Notes: generated from the sequence alone by a model not told the origin. Shown: positions 1 to 14,396, counted from the first letter of the whole stretch. The stretch: 63,180 bases of DNA, filler included, from Octopus bimaculoides (GCF_001194135.2; 9 parts of 7 records of this genome joined end to end with filler, not necessarily neighbours in it), one strand, 5' to 3'. Made by a program: numbers and translations.

Positions 1-201
1 TCCACCACCAAATACATATACAAAGACAATATTTATCCCAACCGATCCGTTTCGTTTCCAAATTATCTCAGATTTGTCTCAGAAGTCTTCACAGAATATT
101 TTATTTCCGTTTCAGTTGTGATGAGATCGCCAATCCTTCACTGTTCTTCGAATTTTCCCTGGCTCTGTTTATTTTCCTAATTTTTCCTGATTTTTCCATC
201 T

Positions 202-324
202 ATGTATGTATGTGTGTATGTGTGTATGTATGTATGTATGTATGTATGTATGTATCTATGTATGTATGTATCTATCTATGTGCCTGTCTGTGCTTCTGTT
301 TGTCTATGCATGTATATATGCAGG

Positions 325-358
<34 letters not shown>

Positions 359-407
359 TGTATGTATCTACCTATCTATCTACCTAACTACCTACCTACC
401 TACCTAC

Positions 408-443
<36 letters not shown>

Positions 444-473
444 ATACTTTATTTATCATCATCATCATCATCA

Positions 474-549
<76 letters not shown>
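202..549. repeat. Compound microsatellite (TATG/TATC/TACC/CAT/CGT)
   Basis: Visible directly. Representative of many others, e.g. (AAT)n ~1163-1220, (CTT)n 1412-1498, (GTT)n ~4748-4815, (ATT)n ~5030-5119, (AG)n to 11547, (AGT)n ~46755-46821, and (TA)n flanking most N gaps. Confidence 0.97.
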
Positions 550-1158
550 TATTTCGTGCTGTGTCGGTTTATTTTCGTTACCTTTTCTGTGTTGTGTTTT
601 TGCCTCCGGTCAATAAACAAGGGCGAATGTATGTTGTGGTAAAGGTTGTTAAGGCGATTTTCTTTCCCGCCGGGAAGGATCCGACGGAAAGAGAAGACAT
701 GCGAAAACAAGTGAGCGAGAGAGAGCGAGCGAAATAGAGAGAGAAAGAAAGAAAGAAAGAGAGAGGGGAGAGAGAAGAATACAATGTTTCCTTGTTTTTG
801 TAGTCCAGTGATTTTCATTTGTGTATTTATTAGCGTTAGCAATGGCGTCCGTGAAGAATTGGCAGCCATGTTAAACCAGCAACTTGCTTACCCAATGGGT
901 GCTATTTGTTCTGCTTAATTGATGCAAGCAGATTCTATTTGCTTCAGCCAACCAGGGAAAGTGTTATGTTTACCGAATCCAAACATATTAATTCTGAACT
1001 CAATATGGGAGAGAAAGAATAGAATAAGAACAAGAAAAAAAAAATAATAATAAAACTAACAAAAGAAAAGAAAACTAAATTCAAAATGGCAGCGGGGAAA
1101 AGAAAGGAATCGTTAAAGTGTTAAAAAATAACAAAAATAACAACAAAAAGACAAGAAC

Positions 1159-1225
<67 letters not shown>

Positions 1226-1728
1226 CAACAATAATAACAATAGTGTTAGTGATGATGATGATGATTATTAGGATGATGATGATGATAAATGAATAAATAA
1301 AATAGGATAACCTTGTTAAGGAATAAAAGAATCCAGCGGAAGGGGGCGCTGCGAAGAAGTGATTCGAGAAAATAAGATAAAATGGCCGCTTTCGGGAAAT
1401 CGGCTTTTGAGTTCTTCTTCTTCTTCTTCTTCTTCTTCTTCTTCTTCTTCTTCTTCTTCTTCTTCTTCTTCTTCTTCTTCTTCTTCTTCTTCTTCTTCTG
1501 TTTATTTCATTATTACTATTTAATTACGGAAAGACTTTCCATCCAATGCCATAATGCTTCTTTCTCTCTAGCTTTTCCATTTGTAGCCACTGACCTGTAA
1601 TATCATTGCATACATACACACATACATACATACATACACACACATATACATACATACATACATACATACATACATACATACATACATGCATGCATGCATA
1701 CGTACATACGCAAATATACATGCATGTA

Positions 1729-1763
<35 letters not shown>

Positions 1764-2444
1764 GCATGACTGCTGGTTTCTTGCACTTGTGTGCCGGTGT
1801 CTCTTTTGTCTTTGCTCTCAATTGTTTCACGAGGGATTAAGATGGAGGCGAAAAATCAAAGGCTAACGACGTAAAAACCAATCTCCTCTTTTTCTCTCCT
1901 CGTTTCTACTATTTTCTGAGCTTTTTCTTCATGATGTTTTTTTTTTGTTTTTTTTGTTATCCGCCTTTAATTTCTTTACCAGTTACGTTTTCACCTCCGA
2001 GTAAAAGAACGACATCAAAATCAACAAGAAATATTGCTCGGATTTCTCTTTTTGTGTATTACAGATATATTTAAATCTAAATTAAACGGATACAACAACA
2101 TCGCCATTAATTTTATGTCTTTTCGCTTTGAAAGCTAATTTATATTTCGACATTATTTACTTCTAAAGCTGATAATGTTTGTATTGTTGTTACTATTATT
2201 ATTATTGTTATTTTTATTGTTATTGTTGTTGTTTAACCAGACTATCATAAGACAACGGTGACAACAACAACAACAACAACAGCGACGACGTTTGGGAGCC
2301 AACAATAAAACCTGTACGTGTTCTTTCGAGCTGCTAAAAACAGCAACGTAATCTCCCTCTCTCAAACTATCTCAAATGACTCCTTGTCCTTTCTTGTAAT
2401 AATGAGAACGGGCCTACTGAACGTAGGAATGGATTGTGTGTCTG

Positions 2445-2482
<38 letters not shown>

Positions 2483-4449
2483 NNNNNNNNNNNNNNNNNN
2501 NNNNNNNNNNNNNNNNNNNNNNNNNNNNNNNNNNNNNNNNNNNNNNNNNNNNNNNNNNNNNNNNNNNNNNNNNNNNNNNNNNNNNNNNNNNNNNNNNNNN
2601 NNNNNNNNNNNNNNNNNNNNNNNNNNNNNNNNNNNNNNNNNNNNNNNNNNNNNNNNNNNNNNNNNNNNNNNNNNNNNNNNNNNNNNNNNNNNNNNNNNNN
2701 NNNNNNNNNNNNNNNNNNNNNNNNNNNNNNNNNNNNNNNNNNNNNNNNNNNNNNNNNNNNNNNNNNNNNNNNNNNNNNNNNNNNNNNNNNNNNNNNNNNN
2801 NNNNNNNNNNNNNNNNNNNNNNNNNNNNNNNNNNNNNNNNNNNNNNNNNNNNNNNNNNNNNNNNNNNNNNNNNNNNNNNNNNNNNNNNNNNNNNNNNNNN
2901 NNNNNNNNNNNNNNNNNNNNNNNNNNNNNNNNNNNNNNNNNNNNNNNNNNNNNNNNNNNNNNNNNNNNNNNNNNNNNNNNNNNNNNNNNNNNNNNNNNNN
3001 NNNNNNNNNNNNNNNNNNNNNNNNNNNNNNNNNNNNNNNNNNNNNNNNNNNNNNNNNNNNNNNNNNNNNNNNNNNNNNNNNNNNNNNNNNNNNNNNNNNN
3101 NNNNNNNNNNNNNNNNNNNNNNNNNNNNNNNNNNNNNNNNNNNNNNNNNNNNNNNNNNNNNNNNNNNNNNNNNNNNNNNNNNNNNNNNNNNNNNNNNNNN
3201 NNNNNNNNNNNNNNNNNNNNNNNNNNNNNNNNNNNNNNNNNNNNNNNNNNNNNNNNNNNNNNNNNNNNNNNNNNNNNNNNNNNNNNNNNNNNNNNNNNNN
3301 NNNNNNNNNNNNNNNNNNNNNNNNNNNNNNNNNNNNNNNNNNNNNNNNNNNNNNNNNNNNNNNNNNNNNNNNNNNNNNNNNNNNNNNNNNNNNNNNNNNN
3401 NNNNNNNAATCTTATATCTACTTTTCCAGTGAAATTCTTCACAGATATCGAAAGGGTCAAAACAAGCAATGTTAATTCTCTAAATGAAGTATTAACAGTA
3501 ACTGCACGATAAAGCAACAGTAACATCCAGTTCCAGTTCTTTTCGTCATGTTCGTCTTAACCTCTTTTCATGACAGTTTACCTGAGACCGCACCTGTATC
3601 TGTTATACAATTATCGTATTTTGAAGTGCTCTCAATAAAAAAAAATTTTTATAAAAGATTTCGTGATAATTTTGTTTCAGACCACAGTTTACCAGTGGCA
3701 AAGTAAATCAATCAAAATTTTCTTCGTTGTAAATTAATTAAAACATAAGGACACAGGAAACGTGTCAACTCCAACAAGAAATGATGTTTCCTAGGGCTAA
3801 ATAGCAGTAGCATTCTTCCCTTTCATGGGACTGTCACATTAAGTTGACAACATACTATCACTTTATCGTACTGCTACTGCATAAATCTCTCTGAGAAATT
3901 TAAAAATGTATTATTTCTAATTTCAAAACCAGAGTATTTCAACATAAACATGGCATCAAAAATCTGAAGGGGGAAGGGCTTTATTTGAGGAAAAATTGAG
4001 CTGCTATTTCTACCAGATCCGGAGAAGATGTAGACGGCTGCTAATTCTACTATTTCAAGAAAACGCGTAGACGGTTATTTTGTTGATTTGATATAAAATC
4101 CGCTTCGTATTTATCCGTACGAGATCGATGCCAGCATGCTGCAGCTTGCATGACTTTCTCGGAAGTTCAAGTCACTTAAAACTCCCCCTCCCATCATTTT
4201 CTCTATCGCTTTCCTCCTCCCTCCATACATTTCATGCCCTCTCTCTACTTCTCTCTCTCTCTCATCCTCTCTGCCAACGATATGAGGTCCTAAATCACAT
4301 CTAAGTTAATGGTTTTTTTGTCCTCAGGCTACGAGCGTTTCTCTTCCTAATGAGAAGTTAATGAGTTTCAAACTCGTCACTGAGAAACCATTACAGATTC
4401 ATTTCACTTTACAACCGGGACTGGTTACGGGTTAATGAAAGACATACAT

Positions 4450-4491
<42 letters not shown>

Positions 4492-4765
4492 NNNNNNNNN
4501 NNNNNNNNNNNNNNNNNNNNNNNNNNNNNNNNNNNNNNNNNNNNNNNNNNNNNNNNNNNNNNNNNNNNNNNNNNNNNNNNNNNNNNNNNNNACATACATA
4601 CATACATACATGCATACATACATACGTACATGCATACATACGTCATGTTTTAGTGTAAAACATTTTTCTTACCAACACAACGAATTTCTGTTTTTCTTTT
4701 GCTTTCGCGATCCTTCATCGGTCGGGATCCGATAATTGCAGTAGGTTCGTTGTTGTTGTTGTTAC

Positions 4766-4816
<51 letters not shown>

Positions 4817-5053
4817 GGCTGTTGTTGCTTCTGTTATCATTGTTGTTGTTATTGCTGGTATTATTCTTGTTTTTGAGATTGTTCCTCATGCTGTTCTCTT
4901 TCCGTGTGTGTTTTTCTTGTTTTCTATGCAACACTATAACCAGTCATGTCTCTTACTGTTATTAGCATATCAACTCTTGTGGCCAGTAACAAAAACGAAA
5001 CGAAAGCAGCCATATTATCATCATTATTATCATCATTATTATTATTATTATTA

Positions 5054-5120
<67 letters not shown>

Positions 5121-5232
5121 GTCGCTGTTGCTTTCCTTATAGTTGTTGTCGGGTATGAAACGCTAACCGTAGTCGTTTTTGCTTTTGTTGTTGTCATTCC
5201 CATTATTATACCTACTCGCTCCTCCTCTCTTT

Positions 5233-5332
5233 NNNNNNNNNNNNNNNNNNNNNNNNNNNNNNNNNNNNNNNNNNNNTTAATTAATTAANNNNNNNNNNNN
5301 NNNNNNNNNNNNNNNNNNNNNNNNNNNNNNNN
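5233..5332. other. Artificial contig spacer (first of eight)
   Basis: 44 N + TTAATTAATTAA + 44 N. Identical at 11548-11647, 38753-38852, 49987-50086, 53892-53991, 59304-59403, 60557-60656 and 61832-61931. Confidence 0.97.
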
Positions 5333-5548
5333 CCCTCAGCGTCGCCAGCTTCCGCAGTAGTGGCTCGAGAGTCAACACGTACAGAAGCGACGAGAGGGGG
5401 CATCCCTGACGGACCGAACGTGCAATGTCGAAGGGTCTTGATAGATGCCCATTGACGCGAACTACCGAACGGATGCCTCTGTACAAGGCAGCCATCCAGC
5501 CGCGGAAAATGGGACCGAAGCCGGCTGCTATGAGGACAGCGAATAGAC
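5333..5548 (-). mobile_element. L1/Tx1-clade LINE reverse transcriptase fragment
   Basis: Translates LFAVLIAAGFGPIFRGWMAALYRGIRSVVRVNGHLSRPFDIARSVRQGCPLSSLLYVLTLEPLLRKL, containing the RT motif RQGCPLS typical of L1/Tx1. Cut by a spacer. Confidence 0.88.
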
Positions 5549-6495
5549 AGACAACAGAAAAGATAGGGGATGATAGAAGTTAAAGGCACGTGCGTGGGAG
5601 AGAGAACGAGATAGAGAGAAGAAAAGAGAGAGAAGGAGTAGGGATTGTGAGTGATTGAGGAATAAGGAAAAAGAAAGAGAGGGAAAGGAGAACGGAAATG
5701 ATATTGAAAGTGAAACAAAGAGCAAAAATAGGGATACAGAGACTTAAGGAGAGACAAAATGGAGGTAAACAGATAGGTTCATAGTTGCATAGATAATTAG
5801 ATAGATATAGGGATAGACAGCTAGATTGATAGATTGACAGACAGACAGACAAAAGGCAAACAAATAGACTGACAGAATGATAAATAACTAGAATGACTGG
5901 CAGAGAGACAGAGAGACAGAGAGATAGATAGAAGATAGATAAATAGAAGATAGATAAATAGATAGTTAGATAAATAGATAGACGGGGAATGGAAGATGGT
6001 AGGCGGGCTGTAAAATGTGTGTGTTGAAGAGAGTAAAGACGGAGAGTTGATGAGAAAGAGAGAAAAGGAAACAGAAAAACACAGAATGAGAATGAGAGAG
6101 AGAAAACGAAATTGAGAGTTTAGGAAAAGCGAAAACAATAAGAGAAATTGAGAAAAAGAAACGACCAAAAAACAAAAAAACAACGCAAAAACAAACAACC
6201 AAATAACGAAGAACAAACAAAAACGAACAGAAAGAAAGAAACAAATGTAAGGCAAACAAATGAATAAATAAACAAAGATTGAAACAAATAAAATCGAGAA
6301 AGACGTTAACACAAAAGCAAATCTATTGGAAGAAACACCATAGCAGAGAAACGGAAGCAAAGGAACTCGTATTCCCAAAACACATGCGCAGATAATACAT
6401 ACTTCTAAACATGCATACATACATACATACATACATATATATATGTATGTATATAACTATATACACATGTATGTATATATATCTATATACACATG

Positions 6496-6538
<43 letters not shown>

Positions 6539-6928
6539 NNNNNNNNNNNNNNNNNNNNNNNNNNNNNNNNNNNNNNNNNNNNNNNNNNNNNNNNNNNNNN
6601 NNNNNNNNNNNNNNNNNNNNNNNNNNNNNNNNNNNNNNNNNNNNNNNNNNNNNNNNNNNNNNNNNNNNNNNNNNNNNNNNNNNNNNNNNNNNNNNNNNNN
6701 NNNNNNNNNNNNNNNNNNNNNNNNNNNNNNNNNNNNNNNNNNNNNNNNNNNNNNNNNNNNNNNNNNNNNNNNNNNNNNNNNNNNNNNNNNNNNNNNNNNN
6801 NNNNNNNNNNNNNNNNNNNNNNNNNNNNNNNNNNNNNNNNNNNNNNNNNNNNNNNNNNNNNNNNNNNNNNNNNNNNNNNNNNNNNNNNNNNNNNNNNNNN
6901 NNNNNNNNNNNNNNNNNNNNNNNNNNNN

Positions 6929-6985
<57 letters not shown>

Positions 6986-7128
6986 CATACATAGCATATG
7001 TATATTCATACGTACAAATATACACATGTATACATGTATATATTTACTCACGTACCTGTACACACGTATATGTACATACAAATTGACACTGACAAAGAAG
7101 CGAATATATACATACATACATACATACA

Positions 7129-7224
<96 letters not shown>

Positions 7225-7991
7225 TACATACACGTGCATTAACTTATGCATACTTGTTTACGGACATTCATGCATTCATACATACATATGCACACACATT
7301 TACACACATGCGTGCGTATACAAATTACATAAGTATATAAAAGGTAGATATGTGTTTATACATACATGCACAGTTATACACGTGCATACAAAGATATATG
7401 CATTCATATGTTTATAATATATATAAGTATATATAAACGAACACATGTGAATATATGTATGTATGTATATACAGTTATATACATACAGACGGACGTATAT
7501 ACATACGTATCGTATATACGTATATACAATCGTATATACGTATATACAATAATATATACAATAATATACACTTCCTCATACGTATATACAATAATATACA
7601 CTTCCTCATACATCTACATACATATTTTACGTATATATATATATATATATNNNNNNNNNNNNNNNNNNNNNNNNNNNNNNNNNNNNNNNNNNNNNNNNNN
7701 NNNNNNNNNNNNNNNNNNNNNNNNNNNNNNNNNNNNNNNNNNNNNNNNNNNNNNNNNNNNNNNNNNNNNNNNNNNNNNNNNNNNNNNNNNNNNNNNNNNN
7801 NNNNNNNNNNNNNNNNNNNNNNNNNNNNNNNNNNNNNNNNNNNNNNNNNNNNNNNNNNNNNNNNNNNNNNNNNNNNNNNNNNNNNNNNNNNNNNNNNNNN
7901 NNNNNNNNNNNNNNNNNNNNNNNTATATATATGTATATATATATATAGGAACGTTAAATGAGATATAATGACACACGCATACATTGACACA

Positions 7992-8026
<35 letters not shown>

Positions 8027-9191
8027 GTGACTACACAGATAGAAATGCAGAGACACCCACACATTGATATATACAAATACATAAGCTCATACACATATAC
8101 ATATATCGGCACGCGTGTATATGCATGGAAATATACATACATATAAGTAAAAGAGAGTATACATACATACATACATACATACATACAAGCAGACAGAAAT
8201 CCAAGAACACACACACACACACATATACATACATACGTGCATACATACATACATACACACATACATACATACAAGCAGACAGAAATACAACACACACACA
8301 CACCCATATACATACACACATACATACACATACATAAAAGCAGACAGAAATACAACACACACACACACACACATATACATACATACATAATACATACATA
8401 CATACACATATTCGCTCCTATTATTTGCTTTTAACTTCGCTCTTTCCTTCTCTTGTCTCGCATTTTTTCAGTCCTATCCTCGTTATATTCTGTCTTCCTA
8501 GTGTTGCTGTTGTTGTTGTAGTTGTTGTTGTTGTTGTTGCTCTTTTTCATTCTATTTCTTAACGTTCTTTTAACATTCCATATTCTGTCACACTTTGCTT
8601 CTTTCCATCAGAATCTAAGACTCTTGTCTCTTGGCATTTCAAGAACGTCTTCTTACTAAAAGAACATTATTTTTTTCCCCCTTCATTTTGTCTTGTTTTC
8701 ACGATTTTTCTCCGTTAGAGTGAAGTGGTAGACACAGGCAATTAAGATAGTCCAAACTAGTTATACATTCAACCAACGTTTCCAGATTCTTCGTTTACGT
8801 CTTGATATAATGTCATCCACACCTCATTCTCATTCTTATTCTAACCGCTGCGCTTCAGCATCATGTTTGACGATGGCCATTCGCACGGAAGAGACTTTCG
8901 TTGATGTTTGGTATTACAAACGACAACGTTAACCTTTTCAACTAGTCGTAAATACAAGTTTTGCCTAAGATAAATCTCGTTTTCTTTTTGCAGTGAATTT
9001 GAGATTCTGCTGATTAAATACGTGTTATATCGCAATACTACACAGTGGTTGTGTGAGCTACGAAATCCTCGTCGCTACTGTTGTATCGCACGTGCGGATG
9101 ACCTCTACTCAACCCTCACTTCGTTGCTATTATCTCTTCCTTTATAGCGAAACTTTTTTTATCGCCGGCATCACCATCATCAACAATTCTT

Positions 9192-9331
9192 ACGGCCGTT
9201 TCCGCTTCCGATGTCAGTCAGTGCCTACGAAAGAATTGCGAAAATAATAGTTTTCATTTTCATAGGATATTCGAACTAGATCATTGAGCTTCATCAGAGT
9301 TTTATATTCACTCGGAAGCGGAAACGGCCGT
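9192..9331. repeat. Perfect 20-bp inverted repeat with 100-bp spacer
   Basis: ACGGCCGTTTCCGCTTCCGA (9192-9211) and TCGGAAGCGGAAACGGCCGT (9312-9331) are exact reverse complements. Confidence 0.9.
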
Positions 9332-10057
9332 CAAAAAGTCTATAGTAAAAAGTCTATAGTTTTCGCGTAAGCGCAACCAATCCGTATATGTATACACTAA
9401 ACCACGCTCGCTTTAAACACACACATGCTCATCCATATACTCGCCAAGAACTATACATATATGTACATATACATATATATACCCGCATACACAACCCTAC
9501 ACACACGCACTCAACAACCTCGCACCCATATACACGCACGCACGCAAAAAAATTATTGGGCTAAAGCAAAAACCGAAGAAAGTGTGAGAAAGCTATAAAG
9601 TTAAAACGCGTCTATATGCGCCTATTTTCTCATGCACGCACATACATCTATATACGCACGTACACAGTCACAAGCGCGCACATAAGGTTCCATGTACATG
9701 TCTATAGACACACAGGAAAAAAGCAGGTTGGAGGGGAGAAAACAGGAAAAAATATGTGTGGAAAAAATACAAAACATTAACTCTATAATTATGTAAAAAA
9801 TATAAAAAATATAAAAAATATATAAGAAATCTAAGTAAAAAGTTTAGAAAGATAAAAAGCTTATACATTGACACAATATAGAAAGCAAGTCCTATCGGTA
9901 TAGTCCGATCAGCAAGTCCTATCAGTAAAAATATTAAAAAATATATAAGATATCTAAGTAAAAAGTATAGAGAGATAAAAAGCTTATACATAGACACAAT
10001 ATAGAAAGCAAGACCTATCAGTAAACTCAACACACAAAACCACAATATGAAACCAGC

Positions 10058-10276
10058 TGTTCACGCAGAGATAAAAAATTGTGCCCGCTAAATGGAGCTT
10101 GCATTTCCGAAACCATCATTTATGAGGCCACCGTGGACTCTATATCCATTAAGGACACAGTTTCAACGAAGAAATACGTGGGCCTCACGGAGGGTAATTT
10201 CAAGGCGAGATTCAATAATCACACTTTGAGTTTCAGGCACTGGGGCAAAAGGAAAACGACCAAATTATCCAGATAA
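10058..10276 (+). mobile_element. Penelope-like element GIY-YIG endonuclease fragment
   Basis: CSRRDKKLCPLNGAC-ISETIIYEATV...KKYVGLTEGNFKARFNNHTLSF fits the PLE pattern CxC..CPLxGxC / (V/I)IY / Y(I/V)G / RxxxH. Confidence 0.82.
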
Positions 10277-10288
10277 TGGTGTAAGTTA

Positions 10289-10500
10289 CAGTAAATCAAA
10301 ACCATTTAATTCCAAGATTAAAGTAAAACATTATTTTATATGAGATTTCGCTAATAAATAGACAAATGTTGAAAAAAAAAACGATTTTTACTCAAAGCAT
10401 TCAATTATTAAACATTCATAATTGGAATGAATAAATGAAATTGAATATTAAGTATTTATGGAATTTTGATTTACTGCCGAGTGACTTTTGGCCAACCCTG
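10289..10500. mobile_element. Tc1/mariner-type non-autonomous remnant
   Basis: Right end ...ttttgatttactgccgagtgacttttggccaaccctg|TA (CAGGG terminus plus TA). Its inner part cagtaaatcaaaa recurs inverted at 10289-10301. Left outer TIR is missing. Confidence 0.55.
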
Positions 10501-11496
10501 TATATACTCTTTATCAACCCCGATGTGATGAAAGGCAAAATCGACCTCGAGAGAATTTGACCTCATAACGTAAAGAGCCGGAAGAGATGCTGTGTACCAT
10601 TTTAACCGGCATGGTATCTATTCTGCCAACTCTTCAATAATATAAACAGTCTCAAGTTTTGACAGAAAGCTATTAGTTATTGGGGTGGGGTGGGGACACG
10701 GATACCCGATTACATAGAGCCAAGTATTTTAATTGGGCTCCATGTATTTTATTTCATTTTACACAGGATGAAAGGTGAAGTTGACTTCGGCCCGATTTGA
10801 ACTCAGAAAGTAACGATACGAAATTAATACCGCAAAGCATTTCCTCCGATGATGTAACGATTCTGCTAACCCTGTTATCTAACTCTAAGAGCGATGGAAT
10901 TATCAGAAATAGAAATAGTGAAAAGCTGATTAATGGTGAATGCTTCAGCAGCCAACTCTTCCTGAAATTTGTCTTTCGTCTTAGAAAATAACATGTCGGA
11001 AGATGTGGTTCAGTATTCTCTGTAGTCTTTCTGTATTTTAGGGAAAAGAGAGAGTGGCCACAGCTGGAATGTATATGATTATAGATCTGGTCCTATCTCT
11101 GGACCTCCGTCGGTTACGACGACGAGGGCTCCAGTTGAGCCGATCAATAAAACAGCTTGCTGGTGAAGTTAACGTACAAGTGGCGGAGCACTCCACAGAC
11201 ACGAGGATTTTTAATGTAGTTGTCAGGGAGATTGAGTGTGACAAAGAATGTGATAAAGCTCCAACTTTGAAATACAGGTACTACTAGTTTTTGCCAGCTG
11301 AGTGGATTGAAGCAACGTGAAATAAAGGGTCTTGCCCAAGGAGACAATTCGTCGTCGGGAATCGAACTTGTAACCTTGCGATCGCGAGCCGAATACCCTG
11401 ACCTGCAGCTAAATAGTGAAACCGAAACAACAAATGTACAAGGGCCATCGAGAAAGATGAAAGAAAACTGAGGGAGGGAAGAAAGGATAGAAAGAG

Positions 11497-11547
<51 letters not shown>

Positions 11548-11647
11548 NNNNNNNNNNNNNNNNNNNNNNNNNNNNNNNNNNNNNNNNNNNNTTAATTAAT
11601 TAANNNNNNNNNNNNNNNNNNNNNNNNNNNNNNNNNNNNNNNNNNNN

Positions 11648-11916
11648 ATAAGATCGGTTGCATCACAGAACTCCAGCAGTCTGGTTCCCTCCTCGTTGCG
11701 GGAACCGAAGCCATAGCCTCCATGTATGCCATGGAAGCCTCCAGCACGACGTCCGACATGACCGTTGAAGTCTCCAGCCACAAAGAGAAGGTCCCTGTCA
11801 CTCGTCGACGAGGTAGTTTGCAAGAGGGTGTCATAGAATTGGTCTTTCAGACCATCTGGTAGCCCCGGTTGAGGTGCATAGGCTGAGATGACAGTAGCTA
11901 ATCTATGATGAAGCAC
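11648..11916 (-). mobile_element. RTE-clade LINE AP-endonuclease fragment
   Basis: VISAYAPQPG...FYDTL...LFVAGDFNGHVG...GYGFGSRNEEGTRLLEFC is a classic RTE APE signature (YAP, GDFN). Cut by a spacer. Confidence 0.9.
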
Positions 11917-12327
11917 TAGTCTGATCTTAAGTACTCTGTCACTTACTCTAACGACCTCGATTTCACGTCCTTAAAAAACCCTACAGAAGTAATAGAAAAT
12001 TATTCTATTATATTCTCAAACTAACTGCTTTGTCCATTCTGTACAGAATCACTTGCAGTTTATCCTTTAACTAATGCCAAGCCATCATAATGCCTTTCTG
12101 TTGTCTCTTGATATTCTCAGTACAAAGTAAATAGCTCAATGTTGTGGAAATATTAGTTACTTTTAAATAAAGGACAGGCACAGGTATGTCTGTGTGGTTA
12201 AGAAGGTTGCTCCAGTGCCATTGTGCAACACTTTGGGCAAGTATCTTCCACTACAGCCCTGCGCCAACCAAAGTCTTGTAAATGGATTTGGTGGATAGAA
12301 ACCAAGAAGCCTGTCGTGTGTGTGTGT

Positions 12328-12408
12328 TTTGACATTGATTTTGACATTTGACATTGATTTTGACATTTGACATTGACATTGATTTTGACATTGTTTTGAC
12401 ATTGATTG
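12328..12408. repeat. TTGACA(T)-based compound minisatellite
   Basis: About 11 TTGACA cores in units such as TTGACATTGATT and TTGACAT, directly after a SINE A fragment. Confidence 0.85.
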
Positions 12409-14129
12409 ATAGTTGCAAATAAAAGTAGTTCATTTCCAATTTCCTGCAAAAGTAAATCTGGCCAAGGGGGGATATTACCTTGCTTGGAAACCAGTGACAG
12501 GAAGGGCACATCTGCAGTCCTAGTCACAACTGCAGTCTTTTCTAACACGGTTAGTCTCTCCCTTAACTCTGTCTGATATATGTGTGTGCTATAAGAAGCA
12601 GTGTGCTGAGAGATGAGTGCTTGTACAGCATCCTATAGCTTCCTTAGAGCTTACAGCAAAAATAGCCATAAGTTAATGCTCATTTCATGATTCCTTTTCC
12701 CTTGTTATTTATTAATCATCATCATCATCGTTTAACGTCCGCTTTCCATGCTAGCATGGGTTGGACGATTTGACTGAGGACTGGCAAACCAGATGGCTGC
12801 ACTAGGCTCCAATCTGATTTGGCAGAGTTTCTACAGCTGGATGCCCTTCCTAATGCCAACCATTCTGAGAGTGTACTGAATGCTTTTACGTACCACTGGC
12901 ACAAGAGCCAGTCAGGCGGTACTGGCAACGGCCATGCTTGAATGGTGTTTTTTACGTGCCACCTGCACAGGAGTCAGTCCAGTGGCACTGGCAATGACCT
13001 CACTTGAATGTTTTGTTCACATGCCACTGGCACACACACACAAATTATTTTTTTTTTAAACTCGTATAAAAGAAATGAAAAATAATTTTATTTTACATAA
13101 GTTATTGGTTTAAAAAATGTGCACTTGTTTGCTCCAAATGTTTTCAAGATCCTGCAAACGACACAAAGACACTTACACAACCACTTGAGCAAATAAACTC
13201 AATATAAAGTGTTCACTGTGTTTGAATAAAAATAATGGTACGATTATGGCTGTGATACTTTTTGATGAGTCCTGCTCAATGAGTTTTGATGGACACATAT
13301 TAGGTCTGATTAGTAAGTATCTGGACTGTTGCCATAGTAATAAAGCGCATAGAGTGAAGCCACTTGGCAAAAATTGACCCTGATCTTTGCTTCCTTGGAA
13401 GGAAGGTGTGTAGCGTGTGATTGTCACATTGATCACGACAGAGAAAATTATTATGGCAGTTCCTACTCAGAGGCTTACACAAATTTGCAGACAGTCTATG
13501 GAGAGGAGTATGTGAGCCACACACAAATGTATGAGTAGTTCAGACGTTTCCAAGATGGCTGAAAAAATGTTGATATTGACATACGTTTCGGGAAACCTGC
13601 AACCAACAGAACTCTTTACATTCTGAGTTCAAACCCTCCAAGGTTAATTTTGCCTTTCATCCCTCTGGGGGTCAATAAAATAAAGTACTAGTCACATACT
13701 AGGGTTGATGCTATCAACTAATCCTCTTCCCTAAAATTTGCTGGCCCTGTGCCTATATCAAAGACCTTTACTTTTTGCTATTATATGAGATCAATTCCAA
13801 TAAGGTCAGCTTTACATTTCATCCCTCATGCTCTATAAAATAGAGTAGCAGTTAAGTGCTGGGATTCTGCGCAATGGGCTGTATTTCCTTGCACCTAAAA
13901 TTTTGACCATGTGCCTGTGTTAAGCTTCTTTTTTTCTTTTGCAAATCTTGTGCTGTATTTTCCTGCTTAACACATTTACTAACCAAAAACAATACTTTGA
14001 CAAAAAATGAGAAACCCACCATCATTATGGCTATTACTACCAAATGTATTTTCCTTCTCACATCCATAACTGCATCGTCTTTATAACACAGGCTGTATTA
14101 TCATTAATGTTTTCTTCTTTTTATTTTAG

Positions 14130-14396
<267 letters not shown>

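Noticed and set aside
202-8434. Dozens of long ORFs (MYVCMYVC..., YIYIYI..., poly-N/L/S/Y, X-runs)
   Set aside because: They are translations of microsatellites or of N gaps that contain no stop codons. No protein signal.
1-14129. Search for upstream JNK exons (GSGAQG, VAIKKL, MELDHERMSYLLYQ, HSAGIIHR)
   Set aside because: None found in any frame I read. The JNK segment begins at a spacer (11648), so they are presumably on another contig.
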